Origin: Polyangia bacterium
Lineage (GTDB): Bacteria > Myxococcota_A > Polyangia > Fen-1088
DNA length: 64,000 nucleotides
NCBI GenBank assembly: GCA_045802645.1
Contig: JBJMQQ010000121.1
Location: 3,547-67,546 of the forward strand
Direction of reading: 5' to 3'
The notes under the pieces are model-generated. The model ran no database searches, was not told where the DNA came from, and saw only the letters and a program-made list of their open reading frames with translations. Position numbers and translations under genes: made by a program. Of this stretch, positions 1 through 9,016 are shown piece after piece. Within the stretch, counting starts at the first letter, position 1. The number at the start of each line of letters is the position of its first letter.

Positions 1-2
1 TC

Positions 3-296
3 GTCGACTACCCGCCCTATCAGTCCTCGACCGCCACATTCGACTACAAGTTTCGGCCGCCCGTCACCGGGACGGTGCACTCTGATAGTTCCCAGCAGCC
101 AATCGACTGCTCGCAGGGGTTCGCGACGGTAACGACGCCTCAAGAGTTCGAGGTTTTCGTGGCCGACCGGCCATTTCTGCCGCGATCGACGGCGACCAAC
201 AACCGGCTCGACCTCGTCGAGACCGGCGGGTACGTCGCAAGGGGCAACTGGACGCTGATTTTCCAGTGCCCTGCCGCCACCACGGTGGGCCCGTGA
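3..296 (+). CDS. 3' end of a gene truncated by the window edge; unknown protein
   Basis: Frame 3 is open from the window edge to TGA 294-296 (VDYPPYQSSTATFDYKFRPPVTGTVH...GNWTLIFQCPAATTVGP). Codons are GC3-rich like the neighbours. The stop overlaps the GTG of the next gene (GTGA). Confidence 0.5.
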   Translation, partial: VDYPPYQSSTATFDYKFRPPVTGTVHSDSSQQPIDCSQGFATVTTPQEFEVFVADRPFLPRSTATNNRLDLVETGGYVARGNWTLIFQCPAATTVGP

Positions 297-2014
297 CGGG
301 TTCGCCTCGATTCGCCCGAACCCTCGCGTTGTGCGCGATGGTGGCGGCGGGGTGCTCGCAGGCCTCCGGCAGCCCGGGTTACGCCGGCACCGGAGCCGGC
401 GGAGCGGTGGGCACCGGCGGCTTCAATAGTGGGATGGGTGGGTCTGTGGGAACGGGCGGCTCCAGCAGCGGCACGTGCCTGACCGACCGGTGCGTCGGTC
501 CGCTGACGGGAAGCGTCGCCTGGGCGGTCGAGGTCGACCCACCGAGCTCGTCCGCGTACGCCCACACCCAGATTGCCAGTCGGAACGTCGCCAGCGACGC
601 ATCCTTCGTCGCCGAAGCAGCCAGTGCGGTCAGCGTCGTCTTCAGCGGCCCCGCAAACGGAGGCTCCGTGCCCACGAGCGCCAACGCCGTACTGACGGTG
701 CCGCCGATCGTGCCGGGCCGGCCCGATCTCGTCTATCAGTCCACGGCCGTCGGCACCGCGAATACCACGACGGCAATGCTGCTCGTGCCGCACGATGCGT
801 TCAGTACGCCGGCCATGCTCTCGTTGATCCCTTTGCCGCCCGCGGACCAACAGACGCCGGTGTACCCGTTTTCCGTTACGGTGTCCTCGAACGTCGCCGT
901 CACCCTGCCCAGCGGAGATCTTCTGCTTTCGGGACAGCTGCTCGATTCCTTGCAGAACCGCCCACCGGCGACGTTCGTCGCCAAGGTCTTCCAAAACGGC
1001 ATTCAGGTGAGCAACGCCCCGTTGACCCAGACCGACGGGACCTTCCAGCTGCAGATTCCGGCCGCAGCGGCGACGAACCCAGTCACGCTGGAGCTGCTGC
1101 CGACCTCATCCGATCCGTGGGTCACCTCCGCCGCTTTCGTCGTCGCTGCGGGGACCAAGCTCGGGACGATCACCTTGCCGGCCTACGTGAAGTCTGATGC
1201 GTTCCGCGTCGCCGTCGACGGCGTCGCGATCAACAACGTCACGACGCCGCTTTCGGGCGTCTCCGTGCGCGCGCAGACGTCGCTCGGCGCGACGGCCGGC
1301 AGCGGCACCGTGATGGGCACGGCCCAGTACGCCGCCAACGGGACGACGGACACAGCCGGCAACGTCACCCTGCAGCTCTTGCCAGGAAGCACGTATTCGA
1401 TCACGGCGACGCCTGGCCCCGGCTCACCATACGCGACCCAGTGCGTGCCCATGATCAAGACGGTTTCGGGCGGCACGTCCAACGGCGGCACGGCCCCGAC
1501 CATCAAGAAGATCGACGCGTCCCTGCGCCCGGTCCTGAGCGGGACGATCAAGACGGCCGGCGCCATGGCCGTTGCCAACGTGTCGGTCTCCGCGGTCGGG
1601 ACTCCCGACCCATCCCCGCCATGCGCGGCCCTGGGGACGGTGACCGCCAGCACCACGACGGACGCGTCCGGAAGGTTTCAGCTCCCCCTGGACCCTGGAA
1701 CGTATCAGCTCGACTACGATCCGCCGGCGGGTTCGGCCGCGCCGCGGCTGACTGAGTGGGCGGTCACCGTATCGGGAACCGGAACGCTCTCGCACGACAT
1801 CACCTTGCCGTTGGGGGCGCTGGTCGTCGGGTCCGTCAGCGGCGGCCGGGGCGAAGCGCTCTCCTCGGCCGTGGTGCGCTTTTTCCAGGTCCGCTGCACC
1901 GGCCCGGCCGACTGTCAGGGACCGAGCCGGATCCCCCCGCTGCTCATCGGGAAAGCGCTGACGGACACCCAGGGACAGTTCCGGATGGTCGTCCCCGCCC
2001 CGGCCGCGCCGTAG
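293..2014 (+). CDS. Lipoprotein with repeated carboxypeptidase-regulatory-like (beta-sandwich) domains
   Basis: ORF 266-2014. The preferred start is GTG 293 (GTGA overlap), which gives a lipoprotein signal ...RFARTLALCAMVAAGC|S. Repeated strand motifs are GTFQLQIPA, GNVTLQLLPGSTYSITATPG, GRFQLPLDPGTYQLDYDPP and GQFRMVVPAP. Confidence 0.7.
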   Translation: MTGSPRFARTLALCAMVAAGCSQASGSPGYAGTGAGGAVGTGGFNSGMGGSVGTGGSSSGTCLTDRCVGPLTGSVAWAVEVDPPSSSAYAHTQIASRNVASDASFVAEAASAVSVVFSGPANGGSVPTSANAVLTVPPIVPGRPDLVYQSTAVGTANTTTAMLLVPHDAFSTPAMLSLIPLPPADQQTPVYPFSVTVSSNVAVTLPSGDLLLSGQLLDSLQNRPPATFVAKVFQNGIQVSNAPLTQTDGTFQLQIPAAAATNPVTLELLPTSSDPWVTSAAFVVAAGTKLGTITLPAYVKSDAFRVAVDGVAINNVTTPLSGVSVRAQTSLGATAGSGTVMGTAQYAANGTTDTAGNVTLQLLPGSTYSITATPGPGSPYATQCVPMIKTVSGGTSNGGTAPTIKKIDASLRPVLSGTIKTAGAMAVANVSVSAVGTPDPSPPCAALGTVTASTTTDASGRFQLPLDPGTYQLDYDPPAGSAAPRLTEWAVTVSGTGTLSHDITLPLGALVVGSVSGGRGEALSSAVVRFFQVRCTGPADCQGPSRIPPLLIGKALTDTQGQFRMVVPAPAAP

Positions 2015-2042
2015 CTGCTTCGTAAGAGCTGGAACGCCGGAT

Positions 2043-2071
2043 TTGACACGGCTGGCGTAGGCCCGTAGGTT
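2043..2071 (+). promoter_or_regulatory. Candidate sigma-70-type promoter for gene 2136-2720
   Basis: TTGACA (2043-2048), 17 nt, TAGGTT (2066-2071), in the 121-nt intergenic gap about 65 nt before ATG 2136. This is a sequence match only. Confidence 0.3.
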
Positions 2072-2135
2072 TCGCAGGCACCCCGGCGCTCCGGGGACCC
2101 TGGCGGGAGCGGCGCTCCGCATCCGCCCGACCGTA

Positions 2136-2720
2136 ATGCCGTCCGACACCTCCGCCTCCCCTCCCGAATATCGCCGCTATCGCCGGTTTCTCTCCTGGTT
2201 TGTGCTGTCGTTCGTTTCGATCGGCAGCCTCTACCTGCTGGTCTCCGTCGGGGTCACGATTTCGCGCCGCCGCAATGCGGAGCCTTGGGGCGCGCCCGTG
2301 ACAGGCTCGGCCGACGACCTCGAGAGCTGTGCCGAGGAGTTGATTGACGTCGAGCAGGGGCTGGAGCGCCACCTGGACAACTTCGACCACCTCATCGCGC
2401 ACTACGACGCGGCGCTGGCACAGCGCTGGTCGGAAGAGCGCGGCTACTGGCTGGGCCAGTGGCGCGTGGCCGGGACCCGCTGTCGCTACGGCGACGCACA
2501 CCGCGGGCCGCTGGCCAAGCAGTGGGAACAGCTGGCCGTGATTCACGGCGAGATGCACGAAACGGAGCAGAGCTACGACACGGAGCTGCTCCGCTTCGGC
2601 GAAAAGGAGGCCCCGCGGCTGGATCGCCTGCGCGACCGCCTGGCTTCCGTCAGCCGCCAAATCGGGGCGAACAACGCCCCGGAAGCGGCCCCTCACGATC
2701 CGAAAGAGAGCACACCATGA
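2136..2720 (+). CDS. Membrane-anchored hypothetical protein (single N-terminal TM helix, helical soluble part)
   Basis: ATG ORF with GC3-rich codons and a TM helix FLSWFVLSFVSIGSLYLLVSVGVTI. The stop overlaps the helicase start (ATGA, 2717-2720). I recognise no family. Confidence 0.6.
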   Translation: MPSDTSASPPEYRRYRRFLSWFVLSFVSIGSLYLLVSVGVTISRRRNAEPWGAPVTGSADDLESCAEELIDVEQGLERHLDNFDHLIAHYDAALAQRWSEERGYWLGQWRVAGTRCRYGDAHRGPLAKQWEQLAVIHGEMHETEQSYDTELLRFGEKEAPRLDRLRDRLASVSRQIGANNAPEAAPHDPKESTP

Positions 2721-4828
2721 ACGACGACGTTTCCTTCCAGATTCCGCCACCGGGCCTCGACGCGCCCGCGGTCGACCCGGTTGCACCTGCCGCGCCGACG
2801 ATGACGTTCGCGCAGCTGGGGCTGCACCCCGACGTGTTGCGCGCCATCGACGAGATGGGCTTCACCGAGCCGATGCCGGTTCAGGCGGCGACGCTGCCGC
2901 TGGTCACCGAGGGACGGGACCTGATGGTCCAGTCGCGAACGGGGTCGGGCAAGACGGCCGCCTTCGGCATCCCCTTCGCGAACGGACTGGTCCGTCCGGA
3001 GGACAAGTTCGTGCAGGCCATCGTCCTCTTGCCGACGCGCGAGCTGGCCCTGCAGGTCGCCTCCGAGCTGGCCAAGATCTGTGCGTATCGCGGGATCACG
3101 GTCGTGCCGGTTTACGGCGGCGCGCCCATGGGACGGCAGGTCGAGCTGCTGCACGCCGGCGGGCAGATCGTCTGCGGAACGCCCGGGCGCGTGCTGGATC
3201 ACCTGGGCCGCGGGACGCTGAAGCTCAATCGCGTCAAGTGCGCGGTCCTGGACGAGTCCGACGAGATGCTGTCGATGGGCTTTCAGGAGGACATCGAGAA
3301 GATCCTGCAGCAGACGCCCGTCGAGCGGCAGACGATGCTGTTCTCGGCCACCCTGCCGGAAGCGATCCAGCGGCTGGCCCGGCGCTACCTGCGCAACCCC
3401 GAGTTCCTGAAGCTCTCGGCCGACTTCGTGGGCGTCCACGAGATCAAGCACATCTACTACTCGATCCCGGCGATCCACCGCGAGAACGAGCTGCTGCAGA
3501 TCCTGGCGTTCGAGGACCCGGAATCGGCGATCATCTTCTGCAACACGCGCGAGGAGACCTCGCGCGTCGCCGAGTTCCTGCGCCAGAAGGGGCACGACGC
3601 CGAGGCGATCTCGTCGGACCTTTCGCAGAGCGACCGCGAGCGCGTGCTGGGAAAGATGCGCGCCAGAGCGATCAAGTTCCTGGTGGCCACCGACGTCGCG
3701 GCGCGCGGCATCGACATCGAGAACCTCTCGCACGTCTTCAACTACACGTTCCCCGAGTCGCCCGAGGTCTACATCCACCGCACGGGCCGTACGGGCCGCG
3801 CGGGCAAGAAGGGGACCGCGATCTCGCTGATCGGGCCGACCGAGGTCGGGTCGTTCTACTACCTGAAGCTGCTCTACAAGATCAAACCCGAGGAGCGAGC
3901 GTTGCCGTCCGAGGCGGAGATCCGGTCGCACCGCGAGGGCGAGCGGGTGCTGCTGCTGCGTCGCGCGCTGGCCAACGAGCCCGGACCGGAGTGGCGTGCT
4001 TTGTCGCGGCGCCTGATGGGCGCCGTCGATGGCGAGCGGCTGGTCGCGGCGTTGCTGGCGCAGTCCTTCGCCAGCGTGGAGACGATGCCCGTGGTTCCCC
4101 CACCCGCCCCTGTCGCGGCGCCGGCAGCCGAGCAGCCGTTCCGGGCCGCGTCACCCGAGCCGCGCGAGCGGCCGCGCGATCGGGACCGCGATCGCGATCG
4201 GCCCGCCCGTCCGGCGTTCGGTGACCGTCCCGACCGCAACTCCCGCGACCGCGGCGCACGCGCACGCCGCCCCGACCGGCCCGAACGCTCCGACCGGCCG
4301 GAACGGCCCCCGCTGGGTGACCGGCCCGAACGTCCCGCGTTGGGTGACCGGCCGCGCCGCCCGGAGCGACGCGACCCGCCGCCGCTGCGGAACGACCCGC
4401 CCCCGGCGGAGCGCGAATTCTGGGAGGTCTGGAGCGAGGAGCGCACGCAGGCCGACGCCCCGGTGCTCGGCGAGGCGGCGCCCCCGCAGCCGAACGAGAT
4501 CGCCGACGGCGGCATCCTGGACACGACCTGGGGCGCGACGCCAGCGCCGGAGCAGCCTGCGCGTTCGGCGCCCGCCGAGACGTCCGAGAACGTCGCCCGG
4601 TTGTACGTGAACCTGGGGCGCAAGGACGGCGCGTCCGAGCGCGAGATCCGGGACCTCATCGCTGCCCACGCGGGCGACGTGGCGCTGTCCGACGTCGATG
4701 TGATGAACACTCACACGTATCTCAACGTTCCCCCGGCGGACGCCGATCGGGTCGTCGCGGCGCTGGCCGGCCGCGAGCTGGCCGGCCGTCAGATCATCTG
4801 CGAGTCCGCCAAGCCCCGCCGGCGCTAA
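2717..4828 (+). CDS. DEAD-box ATP-dependent RNA helicase with C-terminal DbpA-type RNA-binding domain
   Basis: In-frame ATG 2717 lies within ORF 2459-4828; the upstream part is Arg/Pro-rich and overlaps the previous gene. Helicase motifs: Q motif (TFAQLGL..PMPVQ), motif I SRTGSGKTAAF, Ia PTRELA, II DESD, III SAT, VI HRTGRTGRAG. The C-terminus ARLYVNLGRKDGASEREIRDLI... resembles the DbpA RBD. Confidence 0.9.
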   Translation: MNDDVSFQIPPPGLDAPAVDPVAPAAPTMTFAQLGLHPDVLRAIDEMGFTEPMPVQAATLPLVTEGRDLMVQSRTGSGKTAAFGIPFANGLVRPEDKFVQAIVLLPTRELALQVASELAKICAYRGITVVPVYGGAPMGRQVELLHAGGQIVCGTPGRVLDHLGRGTLKLNRVKCAVLDESDEMLSMGFQEDIEKILQQTPVERQTMLFSATLPEAIQRLARRYLRNPEFLKLSADFVGVHEIKHIYYSIPAIHRENELLQILAFEDPESAIIFCNTREETSRVAEFLRQKGHDAEAISSDLSQSDRERVLGKMRARAIKFLVATDVAARGIDIENLSHVFNYTFPESPEVYIHRTGRTGRAGKKGTAISLIGPTEVGSFYYLKLLYKIKPEERALPSEAEIRSHREGERVLLLRRALANEPGPEWRALSRRLMGAVDGERLVAALLAQSFASVETMPVVPPPAPVAAPAAEQPFRAASPEPRERPRDRDRDRDRPARPAFGDRPDRNSRDRGARARRPDRPERSDRPERPPLGDRPERPALGDRPRRPERRDPPPLRNDPPPAEREFWEVWSEERTQADAPVLGEAAPPQPNEIADGGILDTTWGATPAPEQPARSAPAETSENVARLYVNLGRKDGASEREIRDLIAAHAGDVALSDVDVMNTHTYLNVPPADADRVVAALAGRELAGRQIICESAKPRRR

Positions 4829-4831
4829 TCA

Positions 4832-5968
4832 TTAAACCCGCCGGAGCGGGACGAGCTGATCTTCCTGGCCGCCACGACGTGTGGCGGCCAGGGTCCCGCA
4901 CGCCGCCGCAATGTCGGCGCCGCCCGAGTACCGCCGCACGACGGGAACGCCGAGCTCCGCCAGCGCGTCGCGGAACGCCGCCAGCTCTTCCTCGGTGGCG
5001 CGCCGGTACTGGCCGGTCTCGTCGGTGACGTCGATGAGGTTCAGCTTGATCCGCAGGTCGCCGATCAGCGCCCCCAGCGCGCGGGCGTGCGCGGGCGAGC
5101 AGTTGACGCCCCCGATCACGACATAGGCCAGCGTCGCGCGAACACCGGTGGCGGCCGCGTGATCGCGAATGGCCGCCATGACGTCGGCCAGCGGCCAGCG
5201 GTCGTCGATCGGCATGAGCAGGCGCCGCTCTGCCGAGGTCGGCGCGCCCAGCGACAAGATGAGGCGGTAGTGATGCCCCTCGGCGGTGTAGCGCCGGATC
5301 GCCGGCAACACGCCGGCCGTCGAGATCGAGATGGCCTTGGCCGCGATGGCCGGACCCGCCGGGTCGCTCAGGATCCGGGCGGCGCGAATGACGTTCTCGT
5401 AGTTGAGCAGCGGCTCACCCATGCCCATGAAGACGACGCCCCGGATCGGGTGATCGGCTTCCGCCGCGATGGCCCGGTGCTGGGCCAGGATCTCCCAGGT
5501 CTTGAGGCTGCGAATGCCGCCGAGGCGCCCCGTCGCGCAGAAGACACACCCCAGCGCACATCCGACCTGCGAGCTGAGACACAGCGTGTACTTCGCCGCC
5601 GGCAGCGCCTCCAGCGCGCCGGCTTCTCCGCGGCGCCGCCGCTCGCGCAGCTCGCGCGCCGCGGCCGGATCGGGCAGCGGGATTCGCACGGCCTCGACCT
5701 CGTGACCGTCGCTGGTGCGGAACAGGTACTTCACGAAACCGTCGGCGGCCCGGCGGCGTTCGACGATCTCCAGCGCCGGCCAGGTGCAGGCGGCGTCCAG
5801 CGCCGACGCGGTCGCGTTCGACAGCCCGCGCACGGAAGTGGGTGGAAAGCCGATCGCGCCGTGCCCGTGCACGCGCGCGAAAATTCGCGCGGACAGCTCG
5901 CCGGAGACACCGAAAGGCGCCAGCGCCTCGGCCATTTCAGGCCGGTCGAGGCTTCGCAGATTCAACAC
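4832..5968 (-). CDS. rlmN: Radical-SAM 23S rRNA/tRNA adenine-C2 methyltransferase (RlmN/Cfr family)
   Basis: CxxxCxxC cluster motif (GCALGCVFCATG), MGMGEPLLN, and a C-terminal GGADIAAACG region. The length (378 aa) and overall pattern are typical of RlmN. Confidence 0.85.
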   Translation of the reverse strand: MLNLRSLDRPEMAEALAPFGVSGELSARIFARVHGHGAIGFPPTSVRGLSNATASALDAACTWPALEIVERRRAADGFVKYLFRTSDGHEVEAVRIPLPDPAAARELRERRRRGEAGALEALPAAKYTLCLSSQVGCALGCVFCATGRLGGIRSLKTWEILAQHRAIAAEADHPIRGVVFMGMGEPLLNYENVIRAARILSDPAGPAIAAKAISISTAGVLPAIRRYTAEGHHYRLILSLGAPTSAERRLLMPIDDRWPLADVMAAIRDHAAATGVRATLAYVVIGGVNCSPAHARALGALIGDLRIKLNLIDVTDETGQYRRATEEELAAFRDALAELGVPVVRRYSGGADIAAACGTLAATRRGGQEDQLVPLRRV

Positions 5969-6025
5969 GGCGAAACCGTAGCACGCTCCCCCCGTCGTCG
6001 CTGATCGCGCGCGGGAAGGAATCCC

Positions 6026-7618
6026 GTGATATTCGTTGTGTCCTCAGTGACACGTCTTAGACGACCCTTGGGGGAGGGTTTCGCCGCGACGGTTCTGGCA
6101 CTCGCAGCCGGCGTTGGCTGTCATCACGTCGACAGCGCCTTTTGCTCGACGCGCGATTGTGACTGGACCGACCAGGAGTGGGCGCGGGTGAAGACGCTGT
6201 CCCCGCTGGGGCCCCCGCCGGCGGATCCGTCCAATGCGTACGCGGGCAATCCCGACGCGGCGCGGCTGGGGCAGAAGTTCTACTTCGATCCGCGGTTTTC
6301 AGGCGCCGCGACCTGGGTCGATTCCATTCGCCGGCCCGTCGGCACGGCGCGCGCGTGCCTGGGCAAGCCGATCAACGTCTCGTGCGCGACCTGCCACGAT
6401 CCGCGCTTCGCCGGAACGGACGTCACCTCGACGCCGAACATCGTTTCAATCGGGGCCGGGATCTACGACGTCAACGGCCAGCAGACGCTGAACGCGGTCT
6501 ACTTCCCGTTGCTCTACTGGAACGGACGAAGTGACTCCCTGTGGTCGCAGGTGCTGGCCGTGAACACGTCGTTCTTTTCCATGAACAGCACGCCCGCCCA
6601 CGACGTCGACGTCATCAGCGCCAACTACGCGGGCGAGTACACGGCCGTGTTTGGTGAGTCCCCGGCCGCCGAGGAGGTCACCCGCGTGTTCGTCAACTTC
6701 GGTAAGGCGATCGCCGCCTACGAGACCGAGTTGGTGACCCCGGGCTCCGCCTTCGATCGATGGGTGACGGCTGGCCCCGGCTCGGGCTGGATCTCGGCGC
6801 AAGCCGAGCGAGGCGCGCGTCTCTTCGTCGGAAAGGCGTCCTGCATCGACTGCCACAACGGCCCGCTGTTCTCGGACGGCCTCTTTCACAACATCGGCGT
6901 GCCCCAGCGCGGCGACCACGTGCCGACGGTGACCGACTGCCCGGCCGGCAACAAGAACTGCAACTGTGCGCCGGGGGCGGAGGCGTCGACCTGTTTGCCG
7001 TCGGGCGCCTGGGCCGGCGCGCTCAAGCTGAGCGCGGGGAAGTTCAATCGAACCTCGGTCTGGAGTGACGATCCGTACGCGACCGAGCCGGGGGCCACGA
7101 CGCAGATCGGCACGTCGCTCGCCGCTGGCCTGCCGGCTGGCCCCGACTTGAAAGGTGCCTGGCGGACGGCGAGCCTGCGAGACGTCGCCATCACCGCGCC
7201 CTACATGCACGACGGCACGTACCAGACGCTCGAGGACGTCGTGCAGCATTACAACCGCGGCGGCGTCCCAGGGGCGGGCGAAACGTTCCAGCTGCCCACG
7301 TGTCGGTCGCAGCAGGACGCGGCGAGCGACGCCGACGCGGCCGACGCCCGTACACCACCCTGCGCGCCACAGGACGCCGGTCGGGGCGGCCAGCCGCACC
7401 TGGCTGTTCAGCTCAAGCCGCTGGACCTGACCGGCGACGAAGTGGCCGCGCTCGTCGCGTTCCTGCAGACGCTGACCAGCGACCCGCTGCCCGCGACGCT
7501 GGCGTCGCCACCCTGGGGCGACGGCGGGCTTCCCGCCAACGACGCCAGCGTCCCGGCCGCGGCGACGACACCTCTCGGCGAGTGCAACAAGCCGACTGAC
7601 GCAGGCGCGGGCCAGTGA
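6026..7618 (+). CDS. Di-haem cytochrome c peroxidase (BCCP/MauG family), probable lipoprotein
   Basis: Two haem-c motifs CATCH and CIDCH, plus YWNGRSDSLW and APYMHDG contexts. GTG 6026 is preceded by GGAAGGAA. The signal ends ...LALAAGVGC; alternative GTG starts lie at 6038 and 6047. Confidence 0.85.
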   Translation: MIFVVSSVTRLRRPLGEGFAATVLALAAGVGCHHVDSAFCSTRDCDWTDQEWARVKTLSPLGPPPADPSNAYAGNPDAARLGQKFYFDPRFSGAATWVDSIRRPVGTARACLGKPINVSCATCHDPRFAGTDVTSTPNIVSIGAGIYDVNGQQTLNAVYFPLLYWNGRSDSLWSQVLAVNTSFFSMNSTPAHDVDVISANYAGEYTAVFGESPAAEEVTRVFVNFGKAIAAYETELVTPGSAFDRWVTAGPGSGWISAQAERGARLFVGKASCIDCHNGPLFSDGLFHNIGVPQRGDHVPTVTDCPAGNKNCNCAPGAEASTCLPSGAWAGALKLSAGKFNRTSVWSDDPYATEPGATTQIGTSLAAGLPAGPDLKGAWRTASLRDVAITAPYMHDGTYQTLEDVVQHYNRGGVPGAGETFQLPTCRSQQDAASDADAADARTPPCAPQDAGRGGQPHLAVQLKPLDLTGDEVAALVAFLQTLTSDPLPATLASPPWGDGGLPANDASVPAAATTPLGECNKPTDAGAGQ

Positions 7619-9003
7619 GCGTTCGCGGCCGCACCGCCTGCGTCGCCCTGGCCGGTCTCGTGTTGCTGTCCGGCGGCAACGCCCGGGCGCAGGTCGACGG
7701 CGCGCCCGAGGCGCCCCCGGAGGAGCCGTCCATCCAGGATCTCCAGCAACACATGCAGGACCTCGAGGCGCGGCTCGACGAGACGCGAAACATCGCGACC
7801 TTCCGGCGGCCGATCGTGACGGTGGGCGGTTACATCGACCTGGGCTTCTTCGTTCCACAGGGGACGGGCGTCGGCGTCATCCAGGACGTGGGACCGACCC
7901 GCGCGTTCCCGGAGTACGCGAACCAGTACACGTGGGTCTTCCTGGGCGACCTGCTGGCGCCGGCGGTGAACTCCCGTGGCGAGCCGGTGAGCCTGGGGAA
8001 CTTCCCCGGCGTGAACCGCTTCGACAGCATCGATTCGACGGGCGCGCCGAGCTTCATCGTCAACGAGGTGAACCTGCGTCTGGATGCCGCCATCGCGCGC
8101 AACGCGCTGGCGACCGCCAGCGTCGACTTCATGCCGCGCTCGGGGCGCGAGTTCTCGCTGGGCGATTTCATGGAGGTCGACCTGGCCCAGCTCGAGTGGA
8201 TGCCCACCCCGTCGGGGCGCACGTCGATCTTCGTCGGCAAGTTCGACTCGGTCATCGGCATCGAATACCGCGATCGAAAATCCACCGAGCGGTTCGGGGT
8301 CACGCCGTCGCTGATCTCCCGCTACACGACCGGCACGCCGCTGGGTATCAAGGTGCGCAGCAAGCTGGGCGACGCGGAGCGCGTCGTCGTCGCGGCGGCG
8401 ATCACCAACGGGTCGTCGAGCATCGAGCAGTTTCATTTCTACGACGAGATCGACAGCAACGCGGGCAAGACGGTCAGCGGGCGCGTCTCCGTGCGGCCTG
8501 TGCCGATCGACGTCGCCGACCTGGAGGTGGGCCTCTCGGGCGCGTGGGGGCCGCAGGACCACGCGCTCGACAGCAACCAGGCTCTCTGGTTCGCGGGCCT
8601 CGATCTGCTGGCGCACTTTGGCGCGCTGGACGTCAAGGCGCAGTTCCTGAAGGGGGGCGCCCCCGGGCAGATGGGGCCGCCCGCCGATCCAAACCACGAG
8701 CCGTACGGCCTCAAGCTGCACTACGGCGGCTACGTCGAGCTGGACTGGATGGCCACGCCGCTCGTCGGGTTTCTGGCGCGGGGCGAGGTCCGCGCCGCGG
8801 ACGTGTGGCTGGGCGACGTCAACAGCCTGAACGGGGGCGACCGCTTGTACATCACGCGCGCCTGGCGAGCGACGGCCGGTGTGCGCGTCGTCGTCAACCA
8901 GCACATCGCCGCGAAGGCCGAATACCTTCTGAACGGGGAGTACGGCGGGATTCCGCACATCCCCGACGACGTCTTCACGACGTCACTGGTGCTGTCGTAT
9001 TGA
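7615..9003 (+). CDS. Probable outer-membrane beta-barrel (porin-like) protein
   Basis: GTGA overlap with the peroxidase stop. Signal peptide ACVALAGLVLLSGGNARA|Q, alternating strand-like sequence, and an aromatic C-terminal residue (...TTSLVLSY). Family not identified. Confidence 0.6.
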   Translation: MSVRGRTACVALAGLVLLSGGNARAQVDGAPEAPPEEPSIQDLQQHMQDLEARLDETRNIATFRRPIVTVGGYIDLGFFVPQGTGVGVIQDVGPTRAFPEYANQYTWVFLGDLLAPAVNSRGEPVSLGNFPGVNRFDSIDSTGAPSFIVNEVNLRLDAAIARNALATASVDFMPRSGREFSLGDFMEVDLAQLEWMPTPSGRTSIFVGKFDSVIGIEYRDRKSTERFGVTPSLISRYTTGTPLGIKVRSKLGDAERVVVAAAITNGSSSIEQFHFYDEIDSNAGKTVSGRVSVRPVPIDVADLEVGLSGAWGPQDHALDSNQALWFAGLDLLAHFGALDVKAQFLKGGAPGQMGPPADPNHEPYGLKLHYGGYVELDWMATPLVGFLARGEVRAADVWLGDVNSLNGGDRLYITRAWRATAGVRVVVNQHIAAKAEYLLNGEYGGIPHIPDDVFTTSLVLSY

Positions 9004-9016
9004 TCCGGAGGCTGAC

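Noticed and set aside
140-994. A 284-aa minus-strand ORF overlapping the first lipoprotein gene.
   Set aside because: Arg/Gly-rich nonsense translation antisense to a gene with a clear lipoprotein signal and domain repeats. It is a GC artefact.
2459-2716. N-terminal extensions offered by the longest-ORF calls: helicase 2459, ETF-alpha-like 24017, cca 28443, rnc 28901, desulfurase 31089, aminotransferases 57313 and 58668, kinase 9873, secreted protein 45350.
   Set aside because: The extensions are Arg/Pro/Gly-rich and overlap the preceding gene. Homologous sequence begins at internal starts that create ATGA/GTGA coupling or have an RBS.
6446-8958. Minus-strand ORFs of 470 and 516 aa overlapping the peroxidase and porin genes.
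   Set aside because: The translations are Arg/Ala/Gly-rich with no motifs. The plus-strand genes carry haem-binding motifs and signal peptides.
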